This document shows, in pieces, positions 60,928-64,000 of a stretch of DNA of 64,000 bases. Source of the DNA: a virus. The DNA is taken from the IMG/VR virus record IMGVR_UViG_3300024999_000042. The stretch is one strand, 5' to 3'. Position 1 is the first letter of the stretch, and each line of letters starts with the position of its first letter. The translations under genes were made by a program, and so were the position numbers. A model generated the notes under the pieces. It saw nothing but the letters and a program-made list of their open reading frames with translations, had not been told where the DNA came from and searched no databases.

Positions 60928-62154
60928 TTAACCAACTTCTTCTAAATCTTTATATTTACCATTAATATAATCTTCCTTAAATTCATTAAACTGTTCTACA
61001 TTATTCTCACCATACCCGTAAACTTTGTGGAAAAGTGCATGAATATCACCAGTCAAACACACTCCAACGCCATGAATCTTATGTAATCTGGCACATTCAT
61101 TTTTAATCAATATTAACTCAGAATCTTCATATTCATTAATAAATCTTCTTTTTTCAATATTTAAGTTATCAAATATCTCATTAAATATTTTATCAAATCC
61201 ATATAAATGATGAATTACATCAAATCGTTTATTAGTTACAACACATTTGTAATTTGATGCTATCATCGATTCTTTCTTCCATTCTGTAATAGAATCTCTT
61301 AAAATTGAATTTATTTCAGAGAAACCACCCTTCCAATTATAATTATTTTCTCCACTTAATCTATCATTACTACATAATGTACAACCTAATGAGTTAGACA
61401 TTCCACTATAAGTTGCAGTTTGAATTATCCCTTTATGTATCGGACACTCATATTTTAATTCAGAATGATTATTTATATAATCCTCTTCGTTTGACAATAA
61501 AATTGTATTCTTTATTTTAAATAAATTTTCGACTTCATTAAAATCTTTCCTTCTTGACTCACTTAATTTGTCCCAAGCACAATATTTACAATCTTGATTC
61601 TTATATTTAAAATTAGCATATAATATTGATTGAACTCCTTTGTCTTGATGCTTGTTGCAAATAAAATCCATATATGATTTTGTATTTTCATATGTTTTGC
61701 TTAATAATACTAAATTTCTTTCTTTAAACTCTTCGTCAATTTCATCAATATTATATTTAGAATTTGTTATTGAAATTTTATTTCCAACTCCGGCAATTTG
61801 TGGACTATATTTTACTCCATTTTTAATAAAACATATTTCCTCTTGTTTTTTATGTTTACATTTTCCACAAGCATCTTTTGCTATTGGTTGTGTTCTTCTA
61901 GTTTTATTATACTCACTATATGGTTTTGAAATTATAGTTTCTATACCATCTTCGTGACAATAATCGCAAGACACGTTTACTTTTGCGTTACTATTCTCCT
62001 GTAAGTCGCATATCTTTACTGTAATTTTTGATCCTTGGATAATACGTAATCTACCTCTATTATCTAATTCTTTTGGAATTTTGTATCCCAAATTCTCATA
62101 ATATTTTACTGATTTACCATTTAACCCTACTTCTACTTCTGTACTAATTAACAT
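60928..62154 (-). CDS. HNH-type homing endonuclease-like protein
   Basis: N-terminal CDYC domain, C-x2-H repeats, NYNWKGG...IHHLYGF...GVCLT..H..FH..YG. Confidence 0.8.
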   Translation of the reverse strand: MLISTEVEVGLNGKSVKYYENLGYKIPKELDNRGRLRIIQGSKITVKICDLQENSNAKVNVSCDYCHEDGIETIISKPYSEYNKTRRTQPIAKDACGKCKHKKQEEICFIKNGVKYSPQIAGVGNKISITNSKYNIDEIDEEFKERNLVLLSKTYENTKSYMDFICNKHQDKGVQSILYANFKYKNQDCKYCAWDKLSESRRKDFNEVENLFKIKNTILLSNEEDYINNHSELKYECPIHKGIIQTATYSGMSNSLGCTLCSNDRLSGENNYNWKGGFSEINSILRDSITEWKKESMIASNYKCVVTNKRFDVIHHLYGFDKIFNEIFDNLNIEKRRFINEYEDSELILIKNECARLHKIHGVGVCLTGDIHALFHKVYGYGENNVEQFNEFKEDYINGKYKDLEEVG

Positions 62155-62214
62155 CTTTCTAACCCTTCTTTCTGCAAATTATATTTCCCTCTGCACTAAC
62201 CACTAAAAAGTAAA

Positions 62215-62267
62215 TAGAAGATAGGGTGCAGAGTCAGGGTGATCAAGCCCTAAAAACCTATCTTCCA
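62215..62267 (-). ncRNA. Putative structured leader RNA, copy E
   Basis: GAAGAUAGG/CCUAUCUUC helix, UGAUCA-loop hairpin, unpaired CUCUGCAC complementary to downstream GTGCAGAG and TGCAGA. Confidence 0.6.
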
Positions 62268-62444
62268 ATCCACATATTCCTGTGAATAACAAATAATCCA
62301 AACATTTCTGCTTGGATTATCGACTTACCCACAAAACTTTATCTATATCTATCCAATTTATTCCCATCCACACACAAAACGCCTGATTGCTCAAGCGTTT
62401 TATAACTTAAAAAATATTATTTATATAAACATAAAACATTAAAT

Positions 62445-63231
62445 CTATTCCTCATCCACACCAACTAAAACATCATCAATCATTATATATCCCTTTTTAA
62501 TCAAGAAATTCCATAACCAATTTATCCCTTTTGGAGTTACTTTAGTAGTAGAAGATAATTTTGTTTTACCATACCCATTATCAAATGTACTAGTTTTTAA
62601 AACCATACAACCATTATCTATATATTTTTGTTGAGGATTATTCTTTTCTGCTCCATATGTCATAAGAACATGTTCGTCGCGAAGAATCTCAAATAATCTA
62701 TCACGACCAATTGATTTACCTTTTCTTATTTTTTCATTAAATAGTTTTGCAACTTCTCCAATATTCTTTTGTCCATCACAAATGAATAGTCTGTCTGCCA
62801 TTTCTACTAATGGTTTCTGTTCTTCTATTTTAGCTTCGAGCAAATATGTATGAGATTTAAGATTCTCTATTGTTTTATTTGCCATATTTAAAGCCCTAGC
62901 CATTACTGCTTCAGGAGAGTTCCATTTCTTTTCTAATTCTATAAAATATTGCCTAGCTAATTTGCCTTTTATCACTTCTTTGAATCATAGAAATTTCTTT
63001 TGCCATTTCAACTGTCATTTGATGATTATTATAGGTAGTTTCATTGCCCTGGGCTGTTAGTCTTTTTTGACTAATAGCTATATAATCAGTAATTTCAGTA
63101 AATCCATATTCACACATTCTATCAAACCACTTTGTATACTGAGTTCCAACCTCTAAAAATTCATGTAATTCTCTTCCTAAAACTGTTTGATTTTCTCCAT
63201 TATAGTTTACTGTTATTAAATTATTTTCCAC
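62445..63231 (-). pseudogene. AntA/AntB-KilAC antirepressor split by a 1-bp insertion at 62967-62970
   Basis: GRELHEFLEV..YTKWF.RM.EYGF...MAKEISMIQRSD/KGKLARQYFIELEKKWNSPE; KilAC TKVTPKG. Confidence 0.85.
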
Positions 63232-63274
63232 TCTAAATTCCTTCTTTCATTTTTATTTTGTCAATCATAAATAA

Positions 63275-63478
63275 TCATCTATTTCTAACACACCACTGAC
63301 TGTACACATCTGAGCTATCGTTAAACCCAAATTTAAACCAGACTCTTTTTGTTTTAGGATGAATCCCTGTGGATTTTGCCATAACCCCATTTTCCATATA
63401 GAATGATGCTTGCTCTGGATTATAGATAAATACATATCTTTCTTCATCCTTATTTTCTTGTTTATTTTGTTCTGTCAT
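63275..63478 (-). CDS. Small DUF5659-like protein
   Basis: FIYNPEQASFY...GIHPKTKRVWFKF...VYSQW; start MTEQNK after AAGGAAGTG SD. Confidence 0.65.
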   Translation of the reverse strand: MTEQNKQENKDEERYVFIYNPEQASFYMENGVMAKSTGIHPKTKRVWFKFGFNDSSDVYSQWCVRNR

Positions 63479-63682
63479 TTTTAAATCACTTCCTTTCAAA
63501 CATAAATTTGCATAACTTATTTTGTTACACAAAAATACTCCTAACGAAAGCTAGGAGCACTATCTATAGCAAAATATTTAGTTTAAATTATTACAAAATA
63601 AAACTTAGATTTTATTTTATATTTATAACTCCACAAGTTATAAATCAATAATATAACCTATATAGTTATAGAGCTATATTAT

Positions 63683-64000
63683 CTAATCCTCTAAGAAATC
63701 TTTTATCTCTTGTTTCATTTCAAGTTTTCCAAGTTTTTTAAAAACAAGCAATGTATTAACCACACTTTTTATTGCACAATCAGTACAACCATTAAGGATA
63801 ACTTCAACACATTGATCAATTAAATCTTCTTCTCTTTCTTGATTGCATTCTTGACAAAAACATTCATCTTCATCAAATTCTCCACGAGATTCACAGCAAT
63901 CATCGCACTGACAAGGGAATTCTAAATATCCATCTGTATTACCATTTTCAACTTCACAATTATCATCACAACATGTACATTCAAAATCTGGACAATCTTC
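63683..64000 (-). CDS. Cys/acidic-rich protein, C-terminal part (start lies outside the window)
   Basis: Manual translation EDCPDFECTCCDDNCE...CQCDDCCES...CFCQEC...GCTDC...FLED*. Confidence 0.6.
   Translation of the reverse strand, partial: EDCPDFECTCCDDNCEVENGNTDGYLEFPCQCDDCCESRGEFDEDECFCQECNQEREEDLIDQCVEVILNGCTDCAIKSVVNTLLVFKKLGKLEMKQEIKDFLED

Larger units (their letters stand above)
1..64000 (-). mobile_element. Late (morphogenesis and lysis) region of a large SPbeta-like temperate phage/prophage
   Basis: Co-oriented terminase, portal, capsid, tail, tape measure, fibre, amidase and holin genes in SPbeta-like order; no host housekeeping genes; no att site identified. Confidence 0.9.

Overview
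The whole AT-rich window is the late (packaging, head, tail, lysis) region of a large SPbeta-like temperate siphophage or prophage of a low-GC Firmicute, probably Clostridia; the host cannot be determined from sequence alone. It is read almost entirely on the minus strand: probable terminase small subunit, intein-containing terminase large subunit, portal, scaffold, capsid, head-tail and tail-tube genes, a 3017-aa tape measure protein, distal tail proteins, fibres, endolysin and holin. Many accessory genes interrupt the module: seven free-standing homing-endonuclease-like genes, four antirepressor-like genes, two tyrosine recombinases, RusA, a MazF/PemK toxin pair, membrane/Ig-domain morons and a stand-alone EF-Ts N-terminal domain protein. 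The most striking unannotated signal is a family of five short structured leader elements, each directly upstream of an endonuclease gene. They differ in sequence but share a closing helix followed by a U-tract, a hairpin with a palindromic loop, and a 6-8 nt unpaired segment exactly complementary to one or two direct repeats at or near that gene's ribosome-binding site. All product calls come from motif recognition and synteny by eye, not from database searches.
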